A stretch of DNA of 64,000 bases from Massalongia carnosa (taxonomy: Eukaryota). Of the stretch, positions 23,359 to 36,353 are shown piece by piece. The stretch is from positions 1,674,001-1,738,000 of the forward strand of contig OZ287079.1 of NCBI GenBank assembly GCA_965645245.1, written 5' to 3'. Position 1 is the first letter of the stretch. Each line of letters begins with the position of its first letter. Under the pieces are notes generated by a model, which did no database searches, had not been told where the DNA came from, and saw nothing but the letters and a program-made list of their open reading frames with translations. A program made the position numbers and the translations under genes.

Positions 23359-26300
23359 GAGAAGACTGGGGACAGTCCCCCCCCCACCGTCCCCCCAGCG
23401 AAAATCATTGCAAATTAGGACTAGCTACAAGCCACCTCCCCACACTAAATATGTGCACGTCCACCGTCTCTCCGCAAGCTTCCTCTAGCTGATTTAGCTT
23501 AGCCCCGCATTCTGAAAAATCCTCATCTATTCATACTACTACTATTACTACTACTCCTACCACTCATTGCGATGATCTCAATTCTGAAAATGCATTACTT
23601 AATTGCGAAACATTATCCTTTCTAGGCTTCATAGTCTTAGCAACCTTTCTTGCAGCTGCGTTTTTCCTCTCCTCAGCCCTTGCTTTTTTGGCCGCTTGGT
23701 CGGCCCTCTGCTGAGACTCCAACTCCAACTGAGCCTTCGATTTTTTGGCTACCACACCCCGTGACCCTCGTGTTGTTGTTGCAGACGATGTGGATGGTAG
23801 CTGGCTAGCGCGGATGTTTTTTTGACTGAGGCTATAAAGGGAAGGAGCTTTTGGAGAGGGAACCGTTTGGGAAAGAGCCTTTTGGCTATGTTTCGCCAGC
23901 ACTTCATCAATATCTTCAAATGAATCGGAAGAAGATGCCGGGGATGGAGGGATAAAATCATCATTCTCATTCAGAGAGAGTGGAGGATCGGGGGTGGGCT
24001 AAGTTGCTATATATTGCAGGGCATCGTCGTCAGATACGATGATAGCATCTCCGGAATCTATACCGAATATTAGCCGCGCTACATCGATCGATTTGCTGAT
24101 ATCGTGGGTTTTTTATCATCAATCATACCTTTGTCTTCACCGTCTGCCCGCAATTCATCCTCATGCCTTCTTCTCCTCCCTTCTTCAATCGAGTCCTTAC
24201 GATTAGCACGTCGCTGCTTAGCTTCATCTGCCTCAGCTGCCTCACGGCCAGTGTAAGCCCGCCGGCGACTCCCACTCTTTTTATACATGAGGTTGTCCTT
24301 AGGTCGGATTTCGTCGGGGAAAGTTGTAGGGATAAGTGGCCTCGCCAGCTCCTTATCCTGCCATTTTTTATTGAAAATAGCAGTGAATTTGGCGAAAGCA
24401 CGAGCGTATCCCTCCCCCCTTCTATGCACATTTTCTATTGATTTATGAAAATCAATAGATTGATGTGCGGCCGCATGCAGCAAATCAACACCCCCGCGAC
24501 GAAATCTATCCCCAGTATTATTGTCAACTGCCTTCTCGATCTCCTCCTCCGGCTCAGATTCTTGACTTTGTTGAGCATTCCCCCCCTCATCCGCCTCCTC
24601 ATCCTGCTCTTCTGTGGTCTTCCTGTGAGCTGCTCTCCGAAACATCTCAGCGAAATTTATGGTGGGGTCAAAAACCATGCTCCACGAGACCACAAAAGGC
24701 GGGCCATCGAAAAACCAGCGGGGATGAATGAGGGAGATAGGTATGGGGATAACATCAATGACGCAACGATACAGCCAGCAGCTGCACGGAAGACCGTATC
24801 GTGGAGGCAAATCACAATCATACATACAATCCTCACCGGTTGGTTCGATTAATCCAGTCCCTTCAACTCCAAAAGAAACCTGTTGATTGAAATCTTCGGC
24901 TAAAAGTTTAGCTGCATCCAACTCTCTAGATATGAGGTCAATAGCATGATGAGTTATTAAACCTATGAGGTCTTTGAACGCACTTCTATCTATTAGCTGG
25001 GGGTTGTTGATTCGTTGATGATTGGTTGATATTTCGTAGTCAACCTGAACCCTTTGCACTGTTTCGCATATTTTCCGCACCGAGTCCTTAATAGGTGTAT
25101 GCCTATTTGTCACATTCTTTACCATCGGATGCAAACCTTCCACCCTTTGTGTGCTATGTGCACCTAAATTAGGGAACTTTCTGGTGTATGCGGAAACAAA
25201 CTGACACTCCTGACGTTGATAATAGCTAGTAAAATACTCCTGGAAATAGGAGTGAGTTAGCCCTGATTAACGTTTTTTGATGGCTTCATACCTTTTCTGA
25301 AGCATGAAGCTTCAATATCAACGCGTTTCTCTTCTCATCCAGCTGTTCAACGGTAGGAGTTTTGATCCACTCCCATATCAATTCATGCAGCTCTTTCCGT
25401 ACTACTAAAGGATATGAACCCGCCCTGATCAGGCGTTTCTTGATTGCCTCCGCTGCGTGCCACGTGCATAATTGCAACACACAATCAGGGTCGGTTTCGT
25501 GTATTGATTGGGCGACTTGCCATGCAACGGTCATTGCTGCATCCGGGTTTATTTCCTTAGCCCGTTTTTTATGCATCGCTGCAGTCAATCCAGCGGCGAA
25601 GTCTCCGAGGATGACCCTAGAACCAGAACATGTATCATGAAAAAAGAGATCTTTCATACAATCAAATAGAAACGTAAAGCACTCAGCCGATTCAGAAGTT
25701 ATATAACAATAGGCCGCGGGGAAAGTCTGATTTGTGTTGGTGATGCCAACCAACACCGATAGAGGTAAGTTCAACTGATTTGTATTGAACGTAGCATCCG
25801 TTTCTATCAAAAATCCACTGACGAATCGTCTAGTCAGTCGGATCTGTTCATCGCTACAGAAAAAGAAATGTTCAACAACACGTCTTCGGGGAGTATTGGT
25901 TTCAACGAGATATTTCTCCAAAGTCCGTACATAAAACCCTTCTTCTTCTAGAAATCCAAGTGCATAGGTCAACTCTTCTTCAGGTGTATGTTTGCCCTGG
26001 GATCGAGCCAGGTTGTAATAGTCTTCTTCGAAAGGCGCAGGCCAGTCATTCCCAAAACGCGAGATACTTGACCGTATCTAGTTGATGCATCACGGAGACT
26101 TTTTGCTTGATCTAGGGCAGTTGCTCGATCGAGGTCTTGGCTACGATGCTCTTTGAAACCGAAGGGGTCTGTAGCCATCTCGTGATTGTGATCAGGATTG
26201 GTGATGATTAATCTCTACGATTCGTCTTTGTTTTGCTTCAGTCTTAGTCGATATTTGCACTCGTTGAACGAGACCTCCGTGTTTTTTCGTACGCGGTCCT

Positions 26301-26590
26301 TCTCCTCTAGCTTTCTAGTGTTTCTTTCTCTTTTGTGATGACGGGTGCAATCTAGTATAACGAGATGATTCTTCTTATCATTAGTCTCTGTGACCAATGC
26401 AAAGCCTTGAGTAAAGACATAATTCTGAGGGCGGGTTTTTCCCTCCTCCCAGGAGATAAAGATTTCACTCTCACTCGGAGGAAGACGATGAGAAGACGGT
26501 AAACTCGCTATAGCCCTTTGCAAACGTGCATCCAGGGACGTTGATGTGAGGGCCATAGCAAAGAAAAAGATAAGGGAGAGAAAAAGTGCG
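23359..26590 (-). mobile_element. MULE with near-complete frameshifted transposase; only one TIR present
   Basis: TIR GAGAAGACTGGGGACAGTCCCC at 23359. Motifs ETDATFNTN, GDFAAG, LCTWH and CDLPPRYGLPCSCW. Intron at about 25241-25291. Confidence 0.9.
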
Positions 26591-27149
26591 GTCTACCTAT
26601 CATAGTGATAAATTTGAGCATAACGAACTGTATGAGCAGCTCCGTGCCTCCAACAATGAAAACGTTTCTGCTCGCGCCATTGTCTCTACCCTCCGTCAGC
26701 AAATCCGAGCATCAGTGTCAAACCACAGCCAGAGGAGACAGTCGTTCTGAAAAGCTTCCTGATATTCCAAAGTTTTCCGGAAACAAGGAGGAGCTTTGTT
26801 CCTGGATCACTCAACTTCATCTCAAGCTCTTCGTTAACGCTGATCGATATGCAGGCCCCAAGGCGAGTCTTATTTATGCTATCAGTCGACTGGAAGGTTT
26901 GGCATTGTCCCAGATTCAGCCATATGTCAAGTCCGAGAACGAGATCGCTCTCGAGGATGTTCCATCCCCGTTAGTGATGTTAGAGAGATCCTTCGGCGAC
27001 CCAGATAAGAAGGCAACCGCTCAACGAGAACTCCGCTCCCTCCGTCAGCGCAATCGAGAATTTCATGTGTACCTCTCCGATTTTCAGCGCTTAGTCCCTG
27101 ACACCAACTTCGACGAGGAAGCCCAACGTTCAGCCCTTCTAGACGGGGT
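26590..27149 (+). mobile_element. gag: Ty3/Gypsy gag (capsid) fragment
   Basis: KLPDIPKFSG...YAISRLEG.AL...FGDPD...LRQ...YLSDFQRL capsid motifs; ends abruptly at the TPR cassette. Confidence 0.85.
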
Positions 27150-27854
27150 GAGCATTCTTCCACGCTGACTAGCATGGCCAATCTTGCGTCGACGTATTCG
27201 AATCAAGGACGATGGACGGAGGCCGAAGAGCTGGAGGTGCAAGTGATGGAGACGAGTGCGAGGGTGCTAGGGGCGGAGCATCCAGACACGCTGACTAGCA
27301 TGGCCAATCTTGCGTCGACGTACAGGAATCAAGGACGATGGATGGAGGCCGAAGAGCTGCAGGTGCAAGAGATGGAGGCGAGTGCGAAGGTGCTAGGGGC
27401 GGAGCATCCTTCCACGCTGACTAGTATGGCCAATCTTGCGTCGACGTACAGGAATCAAGGACGATGGACGGAGGCCGAAGAGCTGGAGGTGCAAGTGATG
27501 GTGACGAGTGCGAGGGTGCTAGGGGCGGAGCATCCAGACACGCTGTCTAGCATGGCCAATCTTGCGTCGACGTACAGGAATCAAGGACGATGGACGGAGG
27601 CCGAAGAGCTGGGGGTGCAAGTGATGGAGACGATAAAGAGGGTGCTAGGGGCGGAGCATCCTTCCACGCTAACTAGCATGAGCAACCTTGCATTCACGTG
27701 GAAGTCTCAAGGCCGCAATGATGAGGCTCTCTCACTGCTAAAGGAATGTTGTCAGCTACGAAGACACAAATTGGGTCCTCAACATCCTGATACAGAGTCT
27801 TCGCTTAAGTATCTCAATGAGTGGCAGATGGAGAGTTTATCATTGGAGTCTTAA
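27150..27854 (+). pseudogene. 5'-truncated copy of the NLR TPR array plus C-terminus (open 226-aa ORF from ATG 27174)
   Basis: Four STYxNQGRW units plus the terminal cap, nearly identical to 59173-59877; no NB-ARC upstream. Confidence 0.9.
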
Positions 27855-28016
27855 AGCGATTCATATAATTCAGAACTAAATCCCACTACCCTTGAAACTT
27901 GATCTTCTGAGCGTTTGATGAACAAAGCAGCATAAGAATACTACTTTTTATTTTGTCCAAAGCTGAAAGCTCAGAACATGAATGACAGAATGATCGAGCT
28001 CGCTGACGCACGCGAC

Positions 28017-28330
28017 CTAGGTTTTACACTCGCCCGCGTTAGCAGAGAGGCCTAAGCGGTGCGCTCTAACTGTTCCAAATAGCAGGAAGTCGTCAAACCC
28101 TCTCCCTTGAGCATTCACCTCCGCGCCCTTGTCCAGCAACATCTCCACAACCTTCTCGTGGCCTAGTTCTGCTGCCCAAATTAACGCTGTCCGCCAGTGC
28201 TGATCTTGTGCCTCCAGATCTACCAATTTAGCATCCTCGATCATTCTTAGGATGACTTCGTTTTCATGGAACGCTGCAAGCCTGTTGTCATTCATGACCG
28301 GCTGATCTTCATATCTTGATAAAGCCCGCC
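28017..28330 (-). pseudogene. Ankyrin-repeat gene fragment
   Basis: RTALIWAAELGHEKVVEMLLDKGAEVNAQG; a more decayed copy lies at about 60050-60340. Confidence 0.75.
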
Positions 28331-28472
28331 ACAGTAAGGGAAATCATAGTCGAGGTTAGTTATCTTCTCCTCGGCTTAGTTCACGGTCCCTTGACATATC
28401 TGCATCTTTCAACCCGAAAGTAGCATAAGTAGCATTTCGGAAATGGGCCGTCTGATGTTCAGAACCTGATGT

Positions 28473-31400
28473 TTTCAAAAGGCAGTATAGTAATATATAG
28501 GCAATAGAGGATAGAACGCTTGCTTTTGTTCTAGATTTATAGACAATGTACGGTATGCTAGTATTAGACTAGCGATATGAGTGCGGGTGAAATGAAGTAG
28601 CCTGATTTGTACATTCTAACACTCCCACTCAGGCACTGAAATAGCACTCCCACATGATAAAGAGAAATCAAATAACTCCCACATACTCCAGTATAATATC
28701 ATGCTTCCTAGTGGATCACCTGTAGGTGAGTCAGTGTACTCCGTAGGCTAATGCTGCTGGTGATGTACGAAAACACCCCCGTAGGCTCAGCTGTGGGTGA
28801 TACTTTTTTTTGGGGGGGTTAAGGTCGGATTTTTACGACAAAGGGCTTCTGGTTTACTTTAAGCCTAAAGCCCTTCGAAAGACAACAAATTTATCGTTTG
28901 GTAGGGCCTTTATTAGGCCGACAGCTACCTGCTCTTCGGTAGGAACATAGCGAAATTCCACTGATTTGTCTTCGATCTTCTCTCTTTGGTAGTGCCATTG
29001 GATGTCGATATGCTTGCTCCGCGTGTGTGCCTGGGGATTTTTGGCAAAAGCCATTGCTCCTTGATTGTCGCAGTGAATGATGATAGCGTTTAGGGCGAAA
29101 GATATAGGCAAGTAGGCAAGGGCTACAGAGGTGCTCTGGGTTTGGATAGAGTTATTCCCAAGGACTTGAGGTGTTGAGAGTTGGTCGAGAAGACTAGACA
29201 ACCAGGTAGCTTCCTTGGTGGCTTGGGTCTGACCCATGTACTCGACTTCGCATGAAGATAGGGCTACGGTCGGTTGTCGTTTAGAAGACAAGCTAATAGC
29301 GCCACTACCCACATTAAACACGAAGCCAGAGGTAGTAGACCTTCGGGTATGATGATCTCCGGCCCAATCCGCGTCAGTGTAACCGCTCAAGGGTTGAAGG
29401 CGACCTTTGTATGTTGACTGCAACGGAAGAGTGCCCTTGATGTATCGAAAGATGCGTTTGACTGCCTTCCAGTGCGTGTCGGTCGGGTTCGAGGCATAGC
29501 GGCTGACCACCGGTACGATGCAGGCTAAGTCAGGCCTGGTGCCTAGCATAGCATACATGAGAGAGCCCACCGCTGATTGGTAGCGGAGGCGAGAGTCATC
29601 TGTGGCCTGATGGCCCTCTGGTGCAGCCTCCAGTCGCCCATCCATCGGGGTAGCCACGGGTTAAGTGTCCCACATGCCATGGTCGCGTAGTACTTTTTCC
29701 AGATAGGCCTGCTGACCAAGGCGAAGAATCCTATTAGCCCGATCCCGAGTTATCGTCATGCCCAGGTAGTAATTGATAGGGCCTAAATTAACCATCGAGA
29801 ACTCGTCGCTCAGCATTTTCTTAACATGTTGTATCTCAGAAGAAGAAGGGCCAGTGATGATTAAATCATCGACATAAATGGCTACGATAACCCCTTCTTT
29901 AACGAAAACGCTAAGGTCGGCATTGACTGGAACGAAGTTATGAGACTTGAAAAAAATAGTGATCGTTTCATACCAGATTCTAGATGGGTGTTTCAGGCCA
30001 TAAAGAGCTTTCTTCAACTAGCAAACTCTCGTTGACCCGTCATCCAGACCGGTTGGTTGCTCCACGTCGATTTCTTCGTCCACCCTTCCGTACAAGAAGG
30101 CTGGTTTTACGTCCATTTGGTGAATTTCCCAGTCATTGGCTGCAGCGATAGCGAAGATGGCTTTAGAGCTCATTGGATTCACTACTGAAGCAAAAGTCTC
30201 ATTGTAGTCAATGCCTTCACGTTGCTCAAAGCCTCTGACCACCCATCGAGCCTTGTAACGAAGAATCTCGCCAGCCGGGCCTCGTTTGATTTTATAAACC
30301 CATTTGCCTCGCCGGGCTTTGCGGTCCGAGGGCAGGGAGGTGAGGATCCAGGTATCATTTTCGTTGATAGAGTCGATTTCTTCCTGCATTGCCCTTCGCC
30401 ATGTTAGAATGTACAAATCAGGCTACTTCATTTCAGCCGCACTCACCTTCTACCGCACGAGTATGACGCACGCTAATGGCTAGACGTATCGCTAGTCTAA
30501 TACTAGGATACCGTACATTGTCTATAAATCTAGCTATTCCCACTATATAGAACAATAGTAAGCGTTCTATCTTCTATCTACTATACTACCTTTTGATACG
30601 CCAATCCTTTTCCTCCCGACTGTCTACGGCCTGTTTATAGGATTTAGGCTCGTATGGCTCCGGGTCATTGGCTCGAGCAAGAAGGGCCAAAAAAGCTAGT
30701 GGGTCAGGCGAGGGGGCACGAAGTTCTGGGTGCTTAGAGAGAATATCTGCCTAGGACCAAGGCTCAATGGGCTGTTGGTTTGCCACTGCCTCTTGTCTAG
30801 CGTTTGGTGAGAGAGGTCCAGTGGGAATTGATTCTATGGATTCATGAGCGTCGACTAAGTCCGTATGAGGGGCGTCCGTATGATGGGTAATTTTTTTGCT
30901 TTCTCCTGGGCGGTCCTGACTGTCCAACATGTAGGGCTCTTTTAGTTTGAGAGAATGATAAAGAAGGAGGAGTTGGGGTATTGTTATCTATCCACTGAAT
31001 ATTGGAATAACGCATGACCGCGCCCCGTAGATTTATCATTCGATAGATGTGATCGCTTTCGTATCCTACTACAGTACATTTGGTGGCTCGTTTCTGAAAT
31101 TTCTTCCATCCGGTGGAGGGCTTGCGATTTTGCGCATAGCCAGACTGTCCTATTATCTATCCTTAGATGTCCTAGTTCTGGTAGGCTGCCGGTGTGAGAC
31201 TCGTAGGGGGTGATGGAGCGTCCCGCAGGTGGTTGTCGATTTCGTAGGTAGTTGGCGGTGAGAACCATTTCAGCCCAATATTTGATGTCGAGTTTAGCGC
31301 CTTCTCGCATGGTGCTGGCTAACTTGTGAAGCGTTTGACCTAGGCGCTCGGCTGTCCCGTTCATGGGTGGATTTCCCGGTACGGTAGGCTCCCACTGAAT

Positions 31401-32865
31401 GCCATGCTCGTTTATGAAATTCTCGAAGTCTTTGGAGTCATACTCACCCCCACAGTCCGATCGCAAGCGCTTAATTCGTTTGTCCCCATATTCGTTTTGC
31501 TTCTTGTAGTTTTTAAAGGCTTGAAGGACTCCGCTTTTGATGCGCAGTAAAGTGACGTGAGACCGTTTATCGAAATCGCAAAGAAAAGTCACCATATATT
31601 TGGCGCCATTCAAGGCTTCTGGGAAAGGTCCTGGACATGGCTGTGAGTTAAGTCCAGCGGGTGCTTGCCTGGTTGGATGGGGGCCCGGTGTGGTTCTACT
31701 TGGGACTGAGCGATGGCGCAAGGAGGACAGGCGTCTTGGGGCGGGGGCTTGGTGAGGTCCATTCCTTTTGACATGCCAGCGAGCTTGAGAATGTTTTGAT
31801 TTCCAAGATGGCCTAAACAAGCGAGCTACATTTTTATCGCCTCGCTATTAATTGCAGCGAGAGCGAGAGCGGCTTCAGAGACGTTCCACATGTTCAGGAT
31901 ATACAGATTGTTGTCCTGGCGGCGAGCAGTGATACCATAGTTCCCGGTTTCAACTCCATCTGGTACGATCTTCAGGGGACATCCATCTCGTTGTAATTGT
32001 CCTTGGGAAATGAGCTTTAGGCCTCCGTCCGGAACGTATAACACATCGAAAAGAGGGAACTCCCGAAGACTATTCCTTTGGGAATTGATACTCCTCCAAT
32101 GCCTTGAATTGGTGGGCAATCGGATGTCTTGAATGAGGTGAAGATGGAGCGATCGTGGGTAATATGTTGGCTAGTTCCAGAGTCACAGATCCAGAGCTTA
32201 GATATTTTGCTTATATCCGCGGTGGCCATGTAGGCGCAGAAGGCTCCTTTGGTTGAGTCATTGTTTCCGGTTGGCTTTTGACTTTGATCTTGACTTTTGA
32301 CTTTGATCTTGACTTTTGGAACTCCTGCGACGCTTATTGGACTTTACGCCGTGAGTCTTGGTTAACGAGGTGTGGATATTTTTCACGACACTCGCTCTCT
32401 ATGTGATAGTCCTTTCGGCAGTGGTTGCAGTACTTGATGGTCTTGGTGATGATTCGAGAATGGGCTGTTCCAGGTTGAGCTCCTGCTTGGGTTTGAGCGT
32501 TTGAAACAGCTGCCATTGCGATTACGGCCTTATCGTTGGACTTTGCTTGGGTTGGTCACCGTGTTTTGGAAATGCTGCATAGCCTGACTTAATGTGTGCT
32601 TGGGTTCACCCATTTCATTGAAAGGATCATGATCCTGAGCGTATCGTTCGAAATAGCTGTTGTATTCGAAGCCTAAATTGGTATGAAAGCGATAGATAAG
32701 CCAGTTTTCGTCCAGGCTTAGCTTGCTTGAGAAGGTGCGAAGCTTATTGACCGTGACGAGAAATTGGGTAACAGGGCTGCTGCAATCCGATAGGATAAGG
32801 TTGTCTAATTTTCTGAAGGTGTTATTGAGGAATCCCGAACCGCGAGGCTTATAGTTTGATTGGGA
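28473..32865 (-). mobile_element. Ty1/Copia element, degenerate, with 3' LTR ~28473-28621
   Basis: gag CNHC..H....C knuckle, protease WICDSGTSQH, integrase LRSDCGGEY, RT YVDD, RNase H GYTDADWAG and KHIDI; many stops and frameshifts; PPT next to the LTR. Confidence 0.92.
30402..30598 (+). mobile_element. Solo LTR of the same Copia family, inserted antisense in its pol
   Basis: Inverted homologue of 28473-28621; 5-bp TSD CGCCA at 30397-30401 and 30599-30603. Confidence 0.9.
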
Positions 32866-33236
32866 GCGTTTGTTCAACCCAAGGCCAATCAAAGGAAAGT
32901 ACGGCATCTGCCGGCGAACTAACCGCTTCCGTTACTCAACCCTTTTAGCAATCATAGGGGCAATCAACGGAAGTCTGAAAGGACTGAAAGGGACGTATCG
33001 GAACGACCTTCTAATGCAAACACAAATGGATGAAAGGGATAAAGGACAGAAAGACTGTTTGACTAAACTGTTCACTTATTGATGAAGACACAAGCAGCTG
33101 GCTCGGGCCAAGCGAAAATCTATATAGACTCCTAGGGAGGGCAGCCTTTGCTTGTTTCCTTTCTGCATCTTCGATATTTTCTAGTGCATAGCTTCCCAGT
33201 AGATAGTCAATTCCACATCCTGGTTGAACCGTCACA
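32866..33236. mobile_element. Probable LTR remnant separating the Copia and Tc1 fragments
   Basis: Ends ...GGTTGAACCGTCACA exactly where the Tc1 reading frame resumes; left end unresolved. Confidence 0.45.
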
Positions 33237-34350
33237 AAACCAACCGAAAAACCCGCATTAGACAAGAAGATGAAGGCGGCTCGATTGAAATAGTGTTTGG
33301 AGCATCAAGACTGGATTATGGAGGATTAGAAAAACGTCATCTGGTCAGACGAAACAAGCGTTATGTTGAACATGCGTCGGGGTAAGATCAGGGTGTGGAG
33401 GAGGCCTGAAGAGACGTACGAAAAACAGTCAGCTGCCGTCGCTGGCATGGAAGCTCGGAGTTCATGTTTTGGGGATGTTTTTCATACTACAAAAAAGGTC
33501 CTTTTCACATTTGGAGTAAAGAAACAGCTGCAGAAAAAAAACAAACGACTAAAGAACTTGACGAAATAAATGAGGCTACAGAAAAAGACTGCAAATTGGA
33601 ATGGGAGCTTTTTACAGGCATGCAACGTACAGGTCTTCGTAGGAAACCTGGCAAAAAACCTGTATGGAGGTTCACCAAAGACACAGGAAAGGTGACTATA
33701 GAAGGCCAAAAAGGAGTTATCGATTGGTATCGCTATCAAAAAAAAATCCTCATACCTAAACTCCTTCCGTTTGCTAAGGAGTGTATGGTTGATCGTCCAA
33801 ACACGGTGGTGCAGGAGGATAATGCACCTTCGCATGCACATAAAAATCAGCACAAGGTCTATATAGATTGGGGTATCAATCGACTGTTTTGGTGTCCAAA
33901 CTCACCCGATATGAATATGATCGAACCTTGCTGGTATTGGATGAAGCGAAGGACGACTCGTCATAGACCTCTTCGAAACAATAAAGAAGCGTCTTTGCGG
34001 TGGCAAATCTGCTGGTCGGAGCTATCACACAAACGAATTCAAAAATGGATCGAGAGGATTCCGCGTCATATTCAGGAGGTGATCGAGGCTGGAGGAGGAA
34101 ATGAGTATCGAGAAGGACGTAAAAACGGTGTAATAAGACCGTACGACAGCGAGGAACGTCGCCGTCGCTATAGGGTAGGTTCCAAACAACCTGAGGATGA
34201 TAACTGGGAGGATGGGTAGTCGGTATGAGGTGGTAGATGAGTATAATGAGGCAAAACTGGTGGTGGAGGGGTAGTTAGGGCTAGGGCTATAGAGGTCGCT
34301 AACTATATATGGGTTAGCGGTAAATTTTAGCGGGGACGCATTACACTCCG
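33237..34350 (+). mobile_element. Tc1-like transposon (DD34E), 5'-truncated
   Basis: VIWSDE, MFWGCF, QEDNAPSH and SPDMNMIE motifs; ORF ends 34219; probable right TIR ending ...TACACTCCG followed by TA. Confidence 0.85.
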
Positions 34351-34373
34351 TAAAAGAATGATCTACTCCGTAT

Positions 34374-34513
34374 TGAGACATGCGAGCAAGCTCGTCTATA
34401 TAGAGCTAATCTAGACTAGTCCCATCTGGACCTGCTCCTATCATGGAAGGACCAAAGGTTAAGCCGGGCTTATCACGGAGATAAAGCAAGTGTTATGTTA
34501 TATTACCGTGACA
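34374..34513. mobile_element. Short LTR-like remnant (TG...CA)
   Basis: Minus strand starts TGTCACGG and truncates the adjacent Tc1; no matching TSD. Confidence 0.4.
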
Positions 34514-35770
34514 AACGAGCCTCCTTGGAATGGTGAATGCTCGCATTGTCTTGCGTGAATATGGGACGATGACCCTGTGCTTTGAGAGCTTCGTACCAAG
34601 GAAACAGACATGATTCCAGAATCTGATTGATCTAACCAGTAGTGGCGATCGAGTCCTTTAAGAGATCTTTATTTTTCCCCCTCTTTACCTTCTTCAAAGT
34701 CTTCTTAAACTCTACCAATTCGCTCGCCTGCTGTCCACATATCCCTCCCCAGACTATGACTGACTGTCCTCCCGAATGCTTGAAGATATTTGTTGAAACA
34801 CCAGGCTATTGATCATGAAACGGAAGTAGGGCAAATAAGAAGCATACATGTCATTGAGGGTTATTATCTATGTGGGCTATCTACCTGCTTTTATAGCAGT
34901 CACACAGCAGTAATGCTGTAGGCTTCCCATAGCTGCCTGTTAGGCACCTCCATAGCTGCCTGTTAGGCACCTCGATAGGTGCCTGGTAGACACCCGTGTG
35001 ACTCACGATGGATGCCTATATTGATGGTAGCCTGACCATCTAACCAATGGTAGCCTCACCATCTAACAATATATTCCGTTTTGCCTCCCTTAGCTGGCAG
35101 ATGGATGACATCTCGAATGATTAGTGATGTGTTGCCACGGCCGAAATAACCCTTAGTGCTTGATCCGCATTCGGTTAGTGCTCTTATTAATAAGCAGACA
35201 TCTCGGCTCAATTCTCAACAATATTCAAACAATCGGAATAGTAGTACTTCTCCCCCGATCTTCCGGTAACGAACTGACGAGCTCTCTGTCCTGTTTCAAA
35301 CGTGCTCTCATCGATAAAAATAATGCGCGACTAGTCTTCTTCTTGCCAAGAGAGGTGCTCTCGTGCCCATTTGAGACGTTTGCGACGATTAATCCAGGAA
35401 ATTAGAGGCTTGGGACAGGCCACACAGCGACGAAAGCCCGCTTTTCTAAGTGCTAGAGGAATAGTCGATACGGAAGCTTGAATTTCAAGATATCCGGCAA
35501 TCTTCATGCAGGATGCTTGTCTATCATCTTTGGAACTCGTCACTGCACGTACAAGATGTCGCACGTCTCTGGAGCTGAGTTTGACAGGCCATCCTGAGCG
35601 AGGGTGTGTATCGTGCTGAGGCTCTTCAGACTTTATCCATCTTCGTACAGTTGGTGTGGGTACATCAGTTGTTTTAAAAATCCGAGCAGCTGACATATGA
35701 TTGTCATGATATAAATCTAGTACTCGCTGACGTGTGGGAGTTTCCCATTCACAACTGGGTCGATAGGGGG
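34514..35770 (-). mobile_element. Tc1-like transposase relic interrupted by a solo LTR
   Basis: HTH region, KPLIS...RLKWA, IFIDES, and after the insertion SVIVWGGI...QDNASIH. Confidence 0.85.
34791..35220. mobile_element. Solo LTR (430 bp) with internal short tandem repeats
   Basis: TGTTGA...TCAACA ends; TSD ATATT on both sides; ~23-bp tandem units at about 34928-35070. Confidence 0.9.
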
Positions 35771-36353
35771 GGTGATGCAGAGAAGATGAGGGGAAAGTTG
35801 CAAAATAAGCGAAAATCCATCAATACTTTTCGAGCTAACCTCGCACGCGGGGGAAGAAAAACTCGCAACGTGGAAGCGAGTTTACCCCATTTAAATTTAT
35901 CCCTTTTTACCTATCATCATCCATTAACCATGCCTCGACAACGAAAAAATCACTATGATACACCCGTAAGGGCCGGTGTTCCGCGTGTCAAATGCAATTC
36001 CAATTCGATCCACGAAATATTTTCAAAGAATTCGGAGTTTCGGAGCGTGTCAAGCAGCTTGCCCTGATATATTCAGTAGCTATGAACTAGAATTTAACTA
36101 CAAGGAAGGAAAGAAAAGAATAATCATCGCTGAACTCCTAAACAAAATCTACCGTGGTGCGCTAGCCAGTCAAGCGACGCGCGCTACTGCTTAGGCGAGT
36201 CACGCTGTCCCGTGACCACCAGAGCATGTCGGGTCAGGCCAGGACCCTGCCTGACACTACCCCCCCTTCTATGGACGACGTCTCGGAGTCGTGAATAATC
36301 CGCTCCGTTCATCCAGTTCTTGAGTAAAGAAACAAATAATCCCTTATTCGAAG

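Larger units (their letters stand above)
27150..28473 (+). repeat. Segmental direct repeat of ~59173-60479
   Basis: Homology continues about 620 bp past the stop codon to ...CAGAACCTGATGTT in both copies. Confidence 0.92.
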
